From the NCBI GenBank assembly GCA_963799845.1, contig CAWCYI010000006.1, forward strand, positions 1,376,001 to 1,440,000: DNA of 64,000 nt, given 5' to 3'. The notes beneath the pieces are model-generated. The model saw only the letters and a list, made by a program, of their open reading frames with translations, was not told the origin of the DNA and searched no databases. Shown here one piece after another: positions 50,824 to 61,182 of this stretch; the first letter of the stretch is position 1, and every line of letters starts with the position of its first letter. Both the position numbers and the translations under genes were made by a program. Origin of the DNA: an uncultured Nitrososphaerota archaeon. GTDB taxonomy: Archaea; Thermoproteota; Nitrososphaeria; Nitrososphaerales; CADDZS01.

Positions 50824-52211
50824 GTGTAGTAACTCCTCGGGTCAGCTATTTTTCCCTCGATCGCGCTTGCGGCGGCAGTCGCTGGCGAGGAGAGATAGAT
50901 GAAGGCATCCGGCGAACCCATTCTCCCCTTGTAATTGCGATTGGAAGTACTGAGACAGCGATCTCCCGGTGAGAGAACGCCCATGTGTTTCCCAAAGCAG
51001 GGGCCGCAGTTTGACGATTCGATATTCGCTCCGGCGTCGGCAAAAATCTTGAGAATCCCTTCGTCCATCGCCCAGTTGTAGACCAGCCTAGAAGCCGGAA
51101 TCACGAGCAGGTTGACATTTTGGTGCACCTTTCGCCCTTTCAGTATGCGAGCAGCCTCAACGAGATCGGAGTGTCTTGCATTCGTGCAAGAGCCGATGAA
51201 GACAACATTGATCTCGTCGCTGATTTCGCTTGCCGGCTTCGAATTCGCAGGGGAATGCGGAAGAGCAACCTGTGGCTCGATATTGCCCGCGTCCAATTCC
51301 ATCAAAGAAGAGTAATCGGCTTCTGCGTCACTTTTTACAAATCTAGAACCGCGCTCGAAACTCGACGACAGTTCGCTCGCGAGCTCGGGATGCCTCGCAA
51401 TCGTGTCTTTCATGAATTCGGACGTTATCTCATCGGGATTGATAATGCCGGTTCTCGCGCTCATCTCAACCGACATGTTGCACATCGTGAACCGTCCGTC
51501 CATGCCCATCCTCCTTATCGTGTCACCGGAATACTCGGCTACCTTCTTCGAGCAGCCTCCTTCTTTCACCGTGCCTAAAATTTGTAAGATCAGATCTTTC
51601 GCAGAAACGCCGGGACGAAAATCGCCAGATATTTCAAACTTGTACGTCTCCGGGACAAAGAAATCGTAGATTTCACCCGTTGCAAGAGCGTATTCCGCTT
51701 CGGTTGTCCCGATTCCAAATCCGAGGGCACCAATCGCGCCAACAGTGTCAGTATGACTGTCTGTCGCAACAACTACCTCCCCGGGCCTTACGAATCCCTC
51801 TTCGGTGACGACGGTGTGTTCTATCCCGTCGCCTTCCTTGTACATCTTTATCCCCTGCTCCGAAGCAAAGCGCTTCATGAGATTTACTCCCTGCGCGACT
51901 TTAACGGAGCAGGACGGAACGGTGTGATCTGGGATGAAACACACTCTTGCGGGATCGAAAACTCGCAGCTTGAATTTTCCCTCTCCCGGCGGGCCGAAGA
52001 CCATGATTTCCTTTTGCGACCCGCTTGATCCGGCCTCGGAATAAACCGACTCGAAATCGTCCTCGAAATTGATTATCGCCGGAGGTGCGATAACTTCATT
52101 GAAATACAGCTTGTCAATCGGAAGAACGTCGATCAAATCCCCTGCCCGGACGTCTTTTCCAGCAGCTCGCGAAACAATCTTTTCAACGATTGTTTGATGT
52201 CGATCTAGCAT
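50820..52211 (-). CDS. leuC: 3-isopropylmalate dehydratase large subunit
   Basis: DHTVP, DSHT, IGSCTN, CGPC.G, STSNRNY.GRMG. Confidence 0.95.
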   Translation of the reverse strand: MLDRHQTIVEKIVSRAAGKDVRAGDLIDVLPIDKLYFNEVIAPPAIINFEDDFESVYSEAGSSGSQKEIMVFGPPGEGKFKLRVFDPARVCFIPDHTVPSCSVKVAQGVNLMKRFASEQGIKMYKEGDGIEHTVVTEEGFVRPGEVVVATDSHTDTVGAIGALGFGIGTTEAEYALATGEIYDFFVPETYKFEISGDFRPGVSAKDLILQILGTVKEGGCSKKVAEYSGDTIRRMGMDGRFTMCNMSVEMSARTGIINPDEITSEFMKDTIARHPELASELSSSFERGSRFVKSDAEADYSSLMELDAGNIEPQVALPHSPANSKPASEISDEINVVFIGSCTNARHSDLVEAARILKGRKVHQNVNLLVIPASRLVYNWAMDEGILKIFADAGANIESSNCGPCFGKHMGVLSPGDRCLSTSNRNYKGRMGSPDAFIYLSSPATAAASAIEGKIADPRSYYT

Positions 52212-53908
52212 CTCTCAGAATACCTCCAGCTCAAAGCCACGCGCCAGTCAGGCAGAGTGTATTTTTCGGATTTACTTCTGAATATCAGCTTGTAACGATA
52301 TCCGTCTATCAACGCTTTGATGCTGGCATCCAATACGTCTTCAGACACTGCCGTGGTAGCCCAAGTTGTCGAGGGCGAAGTTCCCGTGAACGTCAATTCC
52401 TCATCAGAGAATTCAGTTCTTGCTCGGGCGGTTGCGGCCGTCCCGCTAAGAGAATCGACGATGTTCAGTGAGTAGCTGATCAGCTTCAGATTCTTGAGTT
52501 CGGGGAACTCTTGCTCGAGACATTTCCTCAACGCAAGATCTATGGCGTGGATGGGACCCACTCCCTTTTCCGTTGCGGAGAGGGTCCTTTCGTATTTCCC
52601 TTCCTTGTCCCCCACGCGGACTTCTATAGTTCCAATTACCGAAGAATCATTGATCGATCGCGAAGTACTTGTTTCCCATTTCGTCACCTGAAACGGCCAT
52701 ATCGCAAAGCCGAGAGAGTCAAGAATCAACAGATGAAGACTCGCTTTTGCATTTTCAAACTTGCAACCGAATGCCTCCAGCTCTCGCATTCGGGTAAGCA
52801 CTTTTCTCGCAACATCCTCCCTTTCCTTCGTGTAAAGCCCCAACTCCCACATCTCATTCTTAACTAGGGAAGCATCGTCTACTCCGAGTAATCGATTGTT
52901 TCCAACAAGAGCCGGATTCACTGCTTCGTAGGTTTCCGAGCTTTTCGTTACGTCGGCGATGTGCGACGGATCAGAATGTGCGAACGCCAGGGTTCCCACG
53001 AATGGCTGACGGGGCTGAGAAAAACCGGAGGCTGAGGCCACTTTTTCGGAGAGAGTTTTCAACGAAATCAATTGCTGATCTCTTGGAGCCGATGAATTTA
53101 GTGCCTCGTAGCCAAGCTTAAGCATCAAGACCGGAAGAAGCTGGCAAAGGTCGGCATTCCCGGATCGGTCCCCCATTCCATTTACGGTGCCCTGAACGTG
53201 CGTCACTCCAGATTGAACCGCGGCGATGGTATTCGCTACTGCTAAACCAAGATCATTGTGGCAGTGAATTCCTAGAGTAATATTCTCCTTCGAGGAGAAA
53301 TGAGAATTGACGAGTTTCACTGCTTTCGAGACTTGCTCGGGGAATGAACCTCCCCGCGAATCGGAGAGGACTAATTTGGTTACCCCAGCGTCAACCGCCG
53401 TTTCAAGGATACTCAGCGCATAAGAAGTATCTTCAAAAAAGCCGTCGAAAAAGTGCTGCGCGTATAGAAGAATTTCTTTTCGTAACTTCTTCAGCGATGA
53501 GAGCTGTTTTTTCAGCTGTCGAAGGTTTGCCTCCGGTTCAATCTTCTTGTGAGAGAAACCTTCGGATAAATGTGACTGCCAGCAGTTTGCCCTAAGACTG
53601 ACATGCCTCACCCAATCTTCGGAAAGCCCTTGATGAGAGCTTACGTCAGAGAAAATCGATTCCGGGAGGAAAACAACTTGTTCAGCCCGCCCCTTCAGAA
53701 TTGAACGCACTTTCTTCAGGTACTCGAGGTCGTTTGGGTTTTCACCCGAAAAAGAAGACTCGATAAACGAAACTCCAAGCTCGTCAAGTTGACTCGCGAT
53801 AGACAGCTTCTCGCCGATGGAGAAAGAAACGCCGAATGTACGCTCCCTCAAAGTAGCGTCGAGAACTTTCAGTTTCTTTGTCGACTTTGAAGGGGAGGTA
53901 CTCTTCAT
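52205..53908 (-). CDS. cimA: citramalate synthase (CimA)-like protein with altered active-site motifs
   Basis: HFFDG, GIHCHND.G.A.AN, G.GP..A.D.AL regulatory domain; DATLRE in place of DTTLRDG. Confidence 0.75.
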   Translation of the reverse strand: MKSTSPSKSTKKLKVLDATLRERTFGVSFSIGEKLSIASQLDELGVSFIESSFSGENPNDLEYLKKVRSILKGRAEQVVFLPESIFSDVSSHQGLSEDWVRHVSLRANCWQSHLSEGFSHKKIEPEANLRQLKKQLSSLKKLRKEILLYAQHFFDGFFEDTSYALSILETAVDAGVTKLVLSDSRGGSFPEQVSKAVKLVNSHFSSKENITLGIHCHNDLGLAVANTIAAVQSGVTHVQGTVNGMGDRSGNADLCQLLPVLMLKLGYEALNSSAPRDQQLISLKTLSEKVASASGFSQPRQPFVGTLAFAHSDPSHIADVTKSSETYEAVNPALVGNNRLLGVDDASLVKNEMWELGLYTKEREDVARKVLTRMRELEAFGCKFENAKASLHLLILDSLGFAIWPFQVTKWETSTSRSINDSSVIGTIEVRVGDKEGKYERTLSATEKGVGPIHAIDLALRKCLEQEFPELKNLKLISYSLNIVDSLSGTAATARARTEFSDEELTFTGTSPSTTWATTAVSEDVLDASIKALIDGYRYKLIFRSKSEKYTLPDWRVALSWRYSERC

Positions 53909-53939
53909 TTTCCAAACGTTCCGGTTTGCCAGCTGGAGC

Positions 53940-55097
53940 TTATCTTCGTCCCTTACTCTTTCTCGAACTACTCTTGGATTTTGTCGATTTTGCTTTCGGA
54001 GCTTTCTTCGATGGCCGGCCGGAGAACGCAGCAGTTTGCAGCTTTGACCAGCTAACGGCTTTACCCGAACCTGACGTCTCTTCAGGCCACATCATTTGGC
54101 GAAGCCTTCGTCCAACTTGCTCAATCGGATGGGCGTCGAGCTCATCCAGATATTTTTCGAATGCACGGGCTTTTTCATTTTGGTATGAATTAACCCACCT
54201 CTCGGCAAAGGCACCCGACTGGATGTCTCGGAGCGCATTCCGCATTCGCTCTTTGGTCTCCTGGTTGATAACGTTCCCGCCTACTGTCAAACCGCCGTAT
54301 CGCGCGGTCTCGCTCACTCCCCGGTACATCCCAGCAATTCCGTATCGCTGAATCAAATCAACAATTAGCTTGAGTTCATGCAGGCATTCAAAATAAGCGA
54401 TTTCGGGTTGGTATCCGTTTTCGACCAAGACTTCGAACGCGTTTCTAATCAGACGGTCTGCGCCCCCGCAAAGATCGACCTGCTCGCCGAACCAATCCGA
54501 TTCTGTTTCTTCCTTGAAAGTAGTTTTTATCACACCGGCTCTGGTGCTACCGATACCCTTGGCGAATTCCAGGGTCCTCTGCCAAGCTCTACCAGTGGCA
54601 TCTTGGTGGACTGCTACAACCGATGGGGTTCCAAATCCTTGAAGGTAAACTTCTCTTACTCGCTGTCCTGGCGCCTTTGGAGCTACCATGAACACGTCAA
54701 TATCACTCGCTGGTTTGACCCAGCCCCAGTGGATAGCTGCTCCGTGAGAGAACCCAAGGGCTTTGCCGGTTGTTACGTAGGGAGCTATTTCCCGGTAAAC
54801 GTCACCCTGAACCATGTCGGGAACCAGGATGTGAATAATATCCGCCACCCTGGCCGCCTCCGCCACTTCGAGAACTTTGTGGCCGTCGGCCCTTGCCAGA
54901 TCCCAGGATTTTCCGTCCCTTCGCAGACCGACGACAACCTTGAAACCCGAGTCGCTCAGGTTGCTTGACTGTGCCCTTCCCTGGATTCCGTATCCGAGAA
55001 CGGCGATGGTTTCATTTTTTTGGACTTCCGACGTCGTTACATCCTTTTCGTAATAGGCGACAGCTTGACCAGCAATCTGCCCTAAATTAGACATCAT
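53940..55097 (-). CDS. ilvC: ketol-acid reductoisomerase
   Basis: GYG.QG, APK.PG, ETESDWFGEQ..LCGG, SETARYG. Confidence 0.96.
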   Translation of the reverse strand: MMSNLGQIAGQAVAYYEKDVTTSEVQKNETIAVLGYGIQGRAQSSNLSDSGFKVVVGLRRDGKSWDLARADGHKVLEVAEAARVADIIHILVPDMVQGDVYREIAPYVTTGKALGFSHGAAIHWGWVKPASDIDVFMVAPKAPGQRVREVYLQGFGTPSVVAVHQDATGRAWQRTLEFAKGIGSTRAGVIKTTFKEETESDWFGEQVDLCGGADRLIRNAFEVLVENGYQPEIAYFECLHELKLIVDLIQRYGIAGMYRGVSETARYGGLTVGGNVINQETKERMRNALRDIQSGAFAERWVNSYQNEKARAFEKYLDELDAHPIEQVGRRLRQMMWPEETSGSGKAVSWSKLQTAAFSGRPSKKAPKAKSTKSKSSSRKSKGRR

Positions 55098-55113
55098 CTT
55101 AACATCCTCTCTT

Positions 55114-56067
55114 TCAATAAACACGAGTTACCCAGTCATCGTGGCCAAAAGTCATTTTGCCCAATACGAGAGCAGAGTATCCCTCAGACAGCGTCTTCGA
55201 AATAGGCCCGGCATTCCCGTCACCGATTATTTTTCTATCTACGCTGATAACCGGAGCCACGCCCGCCGCAGTTCCTGTTAGAAAAACTTCGTCAGCTATG
55301 TACAGCTCCGATCTAGCTACGTCTCTCTCAATGACATCCATCCGATTTTCTTTAGCCAATTCCATAATCGTGTTTCGAGTAATTCCGTCTAGGATGGATG
55401 CTCCAGTAGGTGGAGTGTATATTTTGCCCTTCTTGACCACGAAGATGTTTTCGCCAGTTCCTTCGGAGACCTTTCCCCCAGAATTGAGCATTATAGCTTC
55501 GTCATAACCGTTCTTGGCTGCTTCCCTTTTCGCAAAAACCGAGTTTACATAATTGCCGCAAATTTTTGCCATGGGAGGAGTCACAGGATCGTATAGCCGC
55601 GTCCAAGAAGAGATGCAAACGTCCAGGCCGGGCTTTCCGAAGTAGTGCTTAAACGGGAACGCAATGATTGCAGCTTCGATCGGATAATTAATGAAACCCA
55701 AGTTTATTCCGGAAAAACCAACGAACATGATCGGTCGTATGTAACAATCTTCCCTTATCTTGTTAGCTCGGAGGAGCGAGAGACATGCTTCCTCCAGCTC
55801 ACTGACAGTATATTTTGATTCGATGTCACAAATTCGCGCCGAATTCAGGAGCCTTTCAAAATGGTCTCGTAATCTGAATATGTGAAGGTTTGAATGAACC
55901 CCATACCCTCTAATCCCTTCAAAGACGCCAGTCCCGTAATGCAGGGCATGTGTCATCAGGGGAATTTTACCCTGATCCCATCCTACGACCTTCCCGTTCA
56001 TCCAGACGAATTCTGTCTTTTGTATTTCCGGTTTGGTTATCTCTTCCGACTCTAGTTCCACTACCAT
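55114..56067 (-). CDS. ilvE: branched-chain amino acid aminotransferase
   Basis: LHYGTGVFEG, YIRP, AK..GNY.NS, LDGITR, GTAA. Confidence 0.96.
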   Translation of the reverse strand: MVVELESEEITKPEIQKTEFVWMNGKVVGWDQGKIPLMTHALHYGTGVFEGIRGYGVHSNLHIFRLRDHFERLLNSARICDIESKYTVSELEEACLSLLRANKIREDCYIRPIMFVGFSGINLGFINYPIEAAIIAFPFKHYFGKPGLDVCISSWTRLYDPVTPPMAKICGNYVNSVFAKREAAKNGYDEAIMLNSGGKVSEGTGENIFVVKKGKIYTPPTGASILDGITRNTIMELAKENRMDVIERDVARSELYIADEVFLTGTAAGVAPVISVDRKIIGDGNAGPISKTLSEGYSALVLGKMTFGHDDWVTRVY

Positions 56068-57203
56068 TTTAGAAGCACATCCTCCTTTACTCTCCCAATG
56101 TTACCGTCATCAATCCATTCTCCCGTCTGTTTTCGTATTTCCGCGCAAATCGCCTGAGTGACCTGAGCAGTCTTGGAATTGCCGCCGATGTCCTGAGTCT
56201 TAACTCCAGACCCCGTCACTATCGAGATTGCAGATTCCAAGCATTTCGAAGCTGCGGCGGAATTTACATCCGGCTTCTTTGACGTGAGCCAATCAAGCAT
56301 CATCTTGACAGTAAAGAGCATCGAAAGCGGGTTTGCGATTCCTTTTCCGGCAATGTCGGGGGCGCATCCGTGCACTGGTTCGAACAGAGCGAAATCATCA
56401 CCCAAGTTTCCAGAGGGAGCGAGGCCGAGGCCGCCCACTACTTGGGATGCCTCGTCAGACAGGATATCCCCGTACATATTCGATGTAACTATCACGTCAA
56501 AAGAATCAGGATTTCGAACAAGATTCATCGCCGCAGTGTCAACATACATTGATGAGAATTTTACCGATGGAAAATTCTTGGAGACTGCGTCGCATGATCT
56601 CAGAAAAAGTCCGTCTGACTTTGGTAGCACATTGGATTTTTGCACACAAACGACACTTGACTCTCTAGCCCTCTTTTCCTCTGCTGACCTGCCTGCCTCG
56701 CGAGATAAAGCGATCTCGAACGCAACTCTTGCTATCCTCTTACTCGCCTCTTCCGTCACGACTTTCAAGGCAATTGCCTTCCTGCCTTCCATTTCCTCGA
56801 ATTCGCGGGAGACGTAAAGGTCCTCCGTATTTTCCCTAACAATAACGAGGTCAACGCCGCGAAACTTGCTATCAATAAAGCGATAGTTCTTTGCCGGTCT
56901 GATGTTGGCAAAGAGTTTGAGTTGCTGTCTCAAGTAAATGACTGTCTCGAGCGCGGTCTCCCCCACGGGAGCTTTCAGGCAGATGTCAGACTCTCTAATT
57001 GTCGAGTAACTGGATTTTGGCATTGCCTCCCCTAAATCGCGGCGTGCCCTGTCGCCAGCAGGGGCAGGAACGAACTCGAATCCTATCTTGAAGCATTCAC
57101 CCAAAGTTTCGAGAACTGATCTTGCAGAGGAGAATATTTCTGGCCCAATTCCATCGCCTTCAATATAGGAAATTCGGAATGCTCTCGACATTCTTACTTT
57201 CAT
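56061..57203 (-). CDS. leuB: 3-isopropylmalate dehydrogenase
   Basis: GDGIGPE, RENTE, NMYGDILSD, FEPVHG.APDIAG. Confidence 0.92.
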   Translation of the reverse strand: MKVRMSRAFRISYIEGDGIGPEIFSSARSVLETLGECFKIGFEFVPAPAGDRARRDLGEAMPKSSYSTIRESDICLKAPVGETALETVIYLRQQLKLFANIRPAKNYRFIDSKFRGVDLVIVRENTEDLYVSREFEEMEGRKAIALKVVTEEASKRIARVAFEIALSREAGRSAEEKRARESSVVCVQKSNVLPKSDGLFLRSCDAVSKNFPSVKFSSMYVDTAAMNLVRNPDSFDVIVTSNMYGDILSDEASQVVGGLGLAPSGNLGDDFALFEPVHGCAPDIAGKGIANPLSMLFTVKMMLDWLTSKKPDVNSAAASKCLESAISIVTGSGVKTQDIGGNSKTAQVTQAICAEIRKQTGEWIDDGNIGRVKEDVLLKW

Positions 57204-57210
57204 TCCATGA

Positions 57211-58752
57211 TTAGGATGTTGTGATTTGAGGCTTGTGCGAAGCTCGGGCCTTTCGGAGCATGACTTCATTGATTCCGCTGAGGACGGCGTCCACGCTGGT
57301 CATGACGATGTCCGTCCCCGTCGAGGATGCCGTGGTCAAATTGCCGTCTTCGTCCTCAATCTTGACAAGAACTTCAGCTTCAGCATCGGTTCCGCCAGTA
57401 ATCGCCTCCAGCTTGTATTCGCGGAGTTTGATTTTCGTGAACTTGTCTGTGACTTTTTGAATTGCATTAAAGACGGCGTCCACAGGTCCGGTGCCGGTTT
57501 CCGCCACCGTCATTGTCTGTTCATCGCCAATTGTCAGCCTTACCGAAGCCGTGGGTACCGTTTTTATCCCCGTTATCACCGCGAGATCAGTTATCTTCAG
57601 AAACGGATTTCCTCTCTCAAGCCCGATGACTTCTCTTGCGATCCGATCAAGGTCAACGTCCGTTACGTTCTTCCCCTGATCACCGATTATCTTCACGCGT
57701 TGGACGATCCTCTTGATTTCCTCTCGCGTTGTTTCGATGCCCAAGCTCTGGAGCTGGGAAGCCACACCGTGCGAACCCGCGTGCTTTCCAGCCTGGATTC
57801 TGCGCCTCGCACCCACCAGCTCTGGTTCCATCGGCTCATAGGTCGCTGGCAGATTCAGTACGCCATGGGTGTGAATGCCAGATTCGTGGCCAAACGCGTT
57901 CTCACCGACAATTGCTTTGTTAGGCTGAACGAATATCCCGGTTTCTTTAGAAACAAGCCTCGAAGTAGAATACAAAAGCTTCGTGTTTATTCCAGTCTCA
58001 AAGTTGTAAAGCCTGGAAGCCGCCATAACAAATTCCTCTAACGCCGCGTTGCCCGCTCTTTCTCCGAGTCCGTTGACGGTCACGTGGGCCTGATCTGCGC
58101 CCGAGTTAATTCCGGCGAGGCTGTTCGCAACTGCGAGGCCGTAGTCGTCGTGGCAGTGCGTGCTTAGAGGTACAGAGACATTTGATCCTATGAATCGAAT
58201 CAGGTCAGAATAACTCTCGGGAGTAGCAGTCCCAACGGTATCGGGGACGTCGATTCGCTCTGCTCCCGCTTCGACGACTCCTTTCAGCATCTGCGCAAGA
58301 AATGCTCTATCGGATCGGGTAGAGTCCTCTGCTGAAAACTCGACACGGATTCCATGCGACCTTGCGTATCCTACCCCTTCAATCGCAGCCTCCAACGCCT
58401 TCTCCCTAGTCATCTTCAGCTTGTACTGGAGGTGAAGATCGGAAGTGGCGATGAACAGGTGTCCGTAGGAAATATCGCAATCAATTAGCTTGTCAACATC
58501 GGATTTTTCGACCCTCGAAAGGGCACAGATCTGGGATTTCAGTCCCAGCCTGTTGATCGACTTTACCGATTCGAGTTCTCCATCGGAAACTATCGGGAAA
58601 CCAGCTTCAATCACGTCTACACCCAGTTCATCCAGTGCCCTCGCGATCTCGATTTTTTTCTCGACGGTAAGAGAAATACCGGGAGTCTGTTCTCCATCGC
58701 GCAGAGTCGTGTCAAATACCTTGACGCGTTTTCCTCTCGGTTTTTCAGACAT
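57211..58752 (-). CDS. leuA: 2-isopropylmalate synthase
   Basis: DTTLRDGEQ, HCHDD.G, GERAGNA, HESGIH, G.GPVDA. Confidence 0.93.
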   Translation of the reverse strand: MSEKPRGKRVKVFDTTLRDGEQTPGISLTVEKKIEIARALDELGVDVIEAGFPIVSDGELESVKSINRLGLKSQICALSRVEKSDVDKLIDCDISYGHLFIATSDLHLQYKLKMTREKALEAAIEGVGYARSHGIRVEFSAEDSTRSDRAFLAQMLKGVVEAGAERIDVPDTVGTATPESYSDLIRFIGSNVSVPLSTHCHDDYGLAVANSLAGINSGADQAHVTVNGLGERAGNAALEEFVMAASRLYNFETGINTKLLYSTSRLVSKETGIFVQPNKAIVGENAFGHESGIHTHGVLNLPATYEPMEPELVGARRRIQAGKHAGSHGVASQLQSLGIETTREEIKRIVQRVKIIGDQGKNVTDVDLDRIAREVIGLERGNPFLKITDLAVITGIKTVPTASVRLTIGDEQTMTVAETGTGPVDAVFNAIQKVTDKFTKIKLREYKLEAITGGTDAEAEVLVKIEDEDGNLTTASSTGTDIVMTSVDAVLSGINEVMLRKARASHKPQITTS

Positions 58753-58753
58753 C

Positions 58754-59332
58754 TCAGAGACCTCTCCTAAGCGCAGTCAGACCGGTGCGAACGACTTCTT
58801 TCACGGCGCCGGATTTGGAAGCTTCTTCGATGAAATAATCAATTTTTTCAGGGATCGCGGTATATTCTACAACAAGGGAATCTTTTGCGAAATCGACGGC
58901 CTTTGCGCCAAGGTTGTTGGACAATTCTAGAATGCTGTTCCGACTCTTGTTGTCTCTCGTTTCGAACTTTACCAGGGCCAGTTCTCTTGCGACGGAGTCA
59001 TCGTGCGTCATAGTTCCAACTTCGATAACGTCAATCATTTTTTCCAGCTGCTTTACCAATAGTTGCAATGCTTGATCGTCTCCCTTAGGAATTATGGTCA
59101 TCCTCGCAAGGTCTGGTGACGAAGTTTCTCCAATGGATATGCTCGTGATGTTAAACCCCTTTGCCCTGAACATTCCAGAGATCCGATGAAGCACTCCACG
59201 TTGGTTCTCAACGATAGCGTAAACAATCTGTGTCGCCTGCTTTCTTTGCTCGCTCACGATTACTTCCTCACCGCTGGTGTTTGTGGGGATATGCGATGTA
59301 GACGCCGCAGCAGGTCTGGCCGACATACTCAT
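58754..59332 (-). CDS. ilvH: acetolactate synthase small subunit
   Basis: VEN..GVL.RI..MF...GFNI, KQLEKMIDV, RELALVK, RTG. Confidence 0.94.
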   Translation of the reverse strand: MSMSARPAAASTSHIPTNTSGEEVIVSEQRKQATQIVYAIVENQRGVLHRISGMFRAKGFNITSISIGETSSPDLARMTIIPKGDDQALQLLVKQLEKMIDVIEVGTMTHDDSVARELALVKFETRDNKSRNSILELSNNLGAKAVDFAKDSLVVEYTAIPEKIDYFIEEASKSGAVKEVVRTGLTALRRGL

Positions 59333-61011
59333 GCAACCACCATGTCCTTTAGCGCAGTTCCAGGTACAACGAACGGGAAAACGTCCTCTTCAGGGGAGAT
59401 CGGGACATCGATTACGGTCGTTACATCGCTGCGAAGGCCGAGCTTAAGGGCTCTCGCAAATTCGTCGATCGACTGCGCTCTAAGTCCCTGCGCCCTGTAA
59501 GCCTCTGCAAGCTTGACGTAATCCGGAATTCCGTAAAGCTTGACACCGTGATACCTTCTCTGATAAAATAGCCGCTGCCACTGAGCGACCATGCCGAGCA
59601 TTGTGTTGTTCATTATTACAACTATGACCGGGATGTTGTCTAGGACTGATGTAGCGAGCGCCGCCTCTGTCATGTTAAAGCTGCCATCTCCGGCAATGTC
59701 CAGAACCGGCCTAGTGGGAGCCGCGACCTTCGCTCCTATAGCAGCTGGAAAACCAAAACCCATCGTTCCCAATCCCGTCGAACTGAAGAAAGTCCCCGGT
59801 TCAATTACATTGAAGTGAAGCGAGGCCCACATCTGGCACTGACCAACTTCGGTCGTTACAATCGCCGCGCTCGGCAGAATCTCTCGCAGTTTCTTGAGTA
59901 GGCTTAGAGCGTTCACATTGGACATGTCGACCTTCCACTCATTCTGACAGTTGTCCTTCACTTCGGCAAATTTTTTCCGCCAGGTCTGTATGTCGTTCTT
60001 TTTCGCTCTTCTAACTATAGACTCCACCATTGCGTGGAGGGACGGTTTGACATCCGCAACGATTCCAAGATCAGCTTTCTTGTTCTTGTTTATCTCAGAC
60101 GGATCTATGTCTACGTGGATAACCGTTGTCTTTGGTACGAAATCACTTACCTTGCCAGTAGATCGATCGGAAAACCTGGTACCGACGGCAAGAAGAACAT
60201 CAGCCTCCTGAATCAAGCGGTTTGCTTCAAGATGCCCGTGCATGCCGATTGGTCCAAGCGCGAGCGGGTGAGTCTCGTCAAATACACCCTTTCCCTTGAA
60301 AGTCGTCGCGACCGGGCACATCAGAATTTCGGCAAGAGCTTGAAGCTCCGCAAATGCTCCGGCTATTGCTACACCGCCACCAGCGAGGATCAGCGGCCGT
60401 TCTGCATTCAGTAGCGCGTCAACCGCTTTTTCGATTTTGATCGGATCCGGCAGAACGGCCGGGTTGTAGCCACGAAGGCTTACCTTCTCCGGAAAGATCA
60501 TCTCCGCCTCTCCGGTTTGAATGTCCTTGGGGATATCGATTAAAACCGGTCCGGGTCTTCCGCTGGATGAGATGTAAAACGCCTTTTTTACCATCTCGGG
60601 TATCTGCGCGGGATCAAGCGGCTGGAACGCGTATTTCGTAACAGGAGTCGCAACCCCCATAATGTCGCACTCCTGAAACGCATCTTTTCCTATACTAGTG
60701 GTTGCAACCTGCCCAGTAATCGCAACGATCGGGATTGAATCCATGTACGCTGTCGCAATCCCAGTGACCAGATTCGTGGCCCCGGGGCCTGAAGTCGCAA
60801 GGCAGACGCCGGGCCGCCTCGACACCCTGGCAAAACCGTCGGCCATGTGCGCCGCGAGCTGTTCGTGTCTAACAAGTATGTGCCTGATCTCCGAGCTGTA
60901 AAGATCGTCGTAGATTGGAAGATTTGCTCCTCCAGGCATTCCAAACAGTACGTTAGTACCTTCTTGTTGTAGCGCTTTGATTAGCGCCTTCGATCCGCTT
61001 AGTTTCGACAC
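59329..61011 (-). CDS. ilvB: acetolactate synthase large subunit
   Basis: FG.PGGA, RHEQ, TSGPGATN, GDGSF ThDP motif. Confidence 0.97.
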   Translation of the reverse strand: MSKLSGSKALIKALQQEGTNVLFGMPGGANLPIYDDLYSSEIRHILVRHEQLAAHMADGFARVSRRPGVCLATSGPGATNLVTGIATAYMDSIPIVAITGQVATTSIGKDAFQECDIMGVATPVTKYAFQPLDPAQIPEMVKKAFYISSSGRPGPVLIDIPKDIQTGEAEMIFPEKVSLRGYNPAVLPDPIKIEKAVDALLNAERPLILAGGGVAIAGAFAELQALAEILMCPVATTFKGKGVFDETHPLALGPIGMHGHLEANRLIQEADVLLAVGTRFSDRSTGKVSDFVPKTTVIHVDIDPSEINKNKKADLGIVADVKPSLHAMVESIVRRAKKNDIQTWRKKFAEVKDNCQNEWKVDMSNVNALSLLKKLREILPSAAIVTTEVGQCQMWASLHFNVIEPGTFFSSTGLGTMGFGFPAAIGAKVAAPTRPVLDIAGDGSFNMTEAALATSVLDNIPVIVVIMNNTMLGMVAQWQRLFYQRRYHGVKLYGIPDYVKLAEAYRAQGLRAQSIDEFARALKLGLRSDVTTVIDVPISPEEDVFPFVVPGTALKDMVVA

Positions 61012-61083
61012 TTCTTATCTATACTCCACTACGATTCTTCCCCCAGAGAGATTCTTTATTTTGAAAAAGAATAACGCTGGGGT

Positions 61084-61182
61084 CTATGCCACGAGAATCG
61101 GCAAGCCTAACACTCCGAAGGACAAGCAAATTTGTCCCTCAAACGAAAAAACGGAAATGACGCCAGATTGCTTGCCGGGCAT
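61084..61182 (-). promoter_or_regulatory. candidate leader peptide uORF (32 aa) of the ilv/leu operon
   Basis: MPGKQSGVISVFSFEGQICLSFGVLGLPILVA*, 11/32 Leu/Ile/Val; hairpins within and downstream. Confidence 0.45.

Noticed and set aside
47865-60414. Long plus-strand ORFs such as 47865-48584, 54378-54968 and 57226-58041
   Set aside because: They are antisense shadows of well-supported biosynthetic genes and show no motifs.
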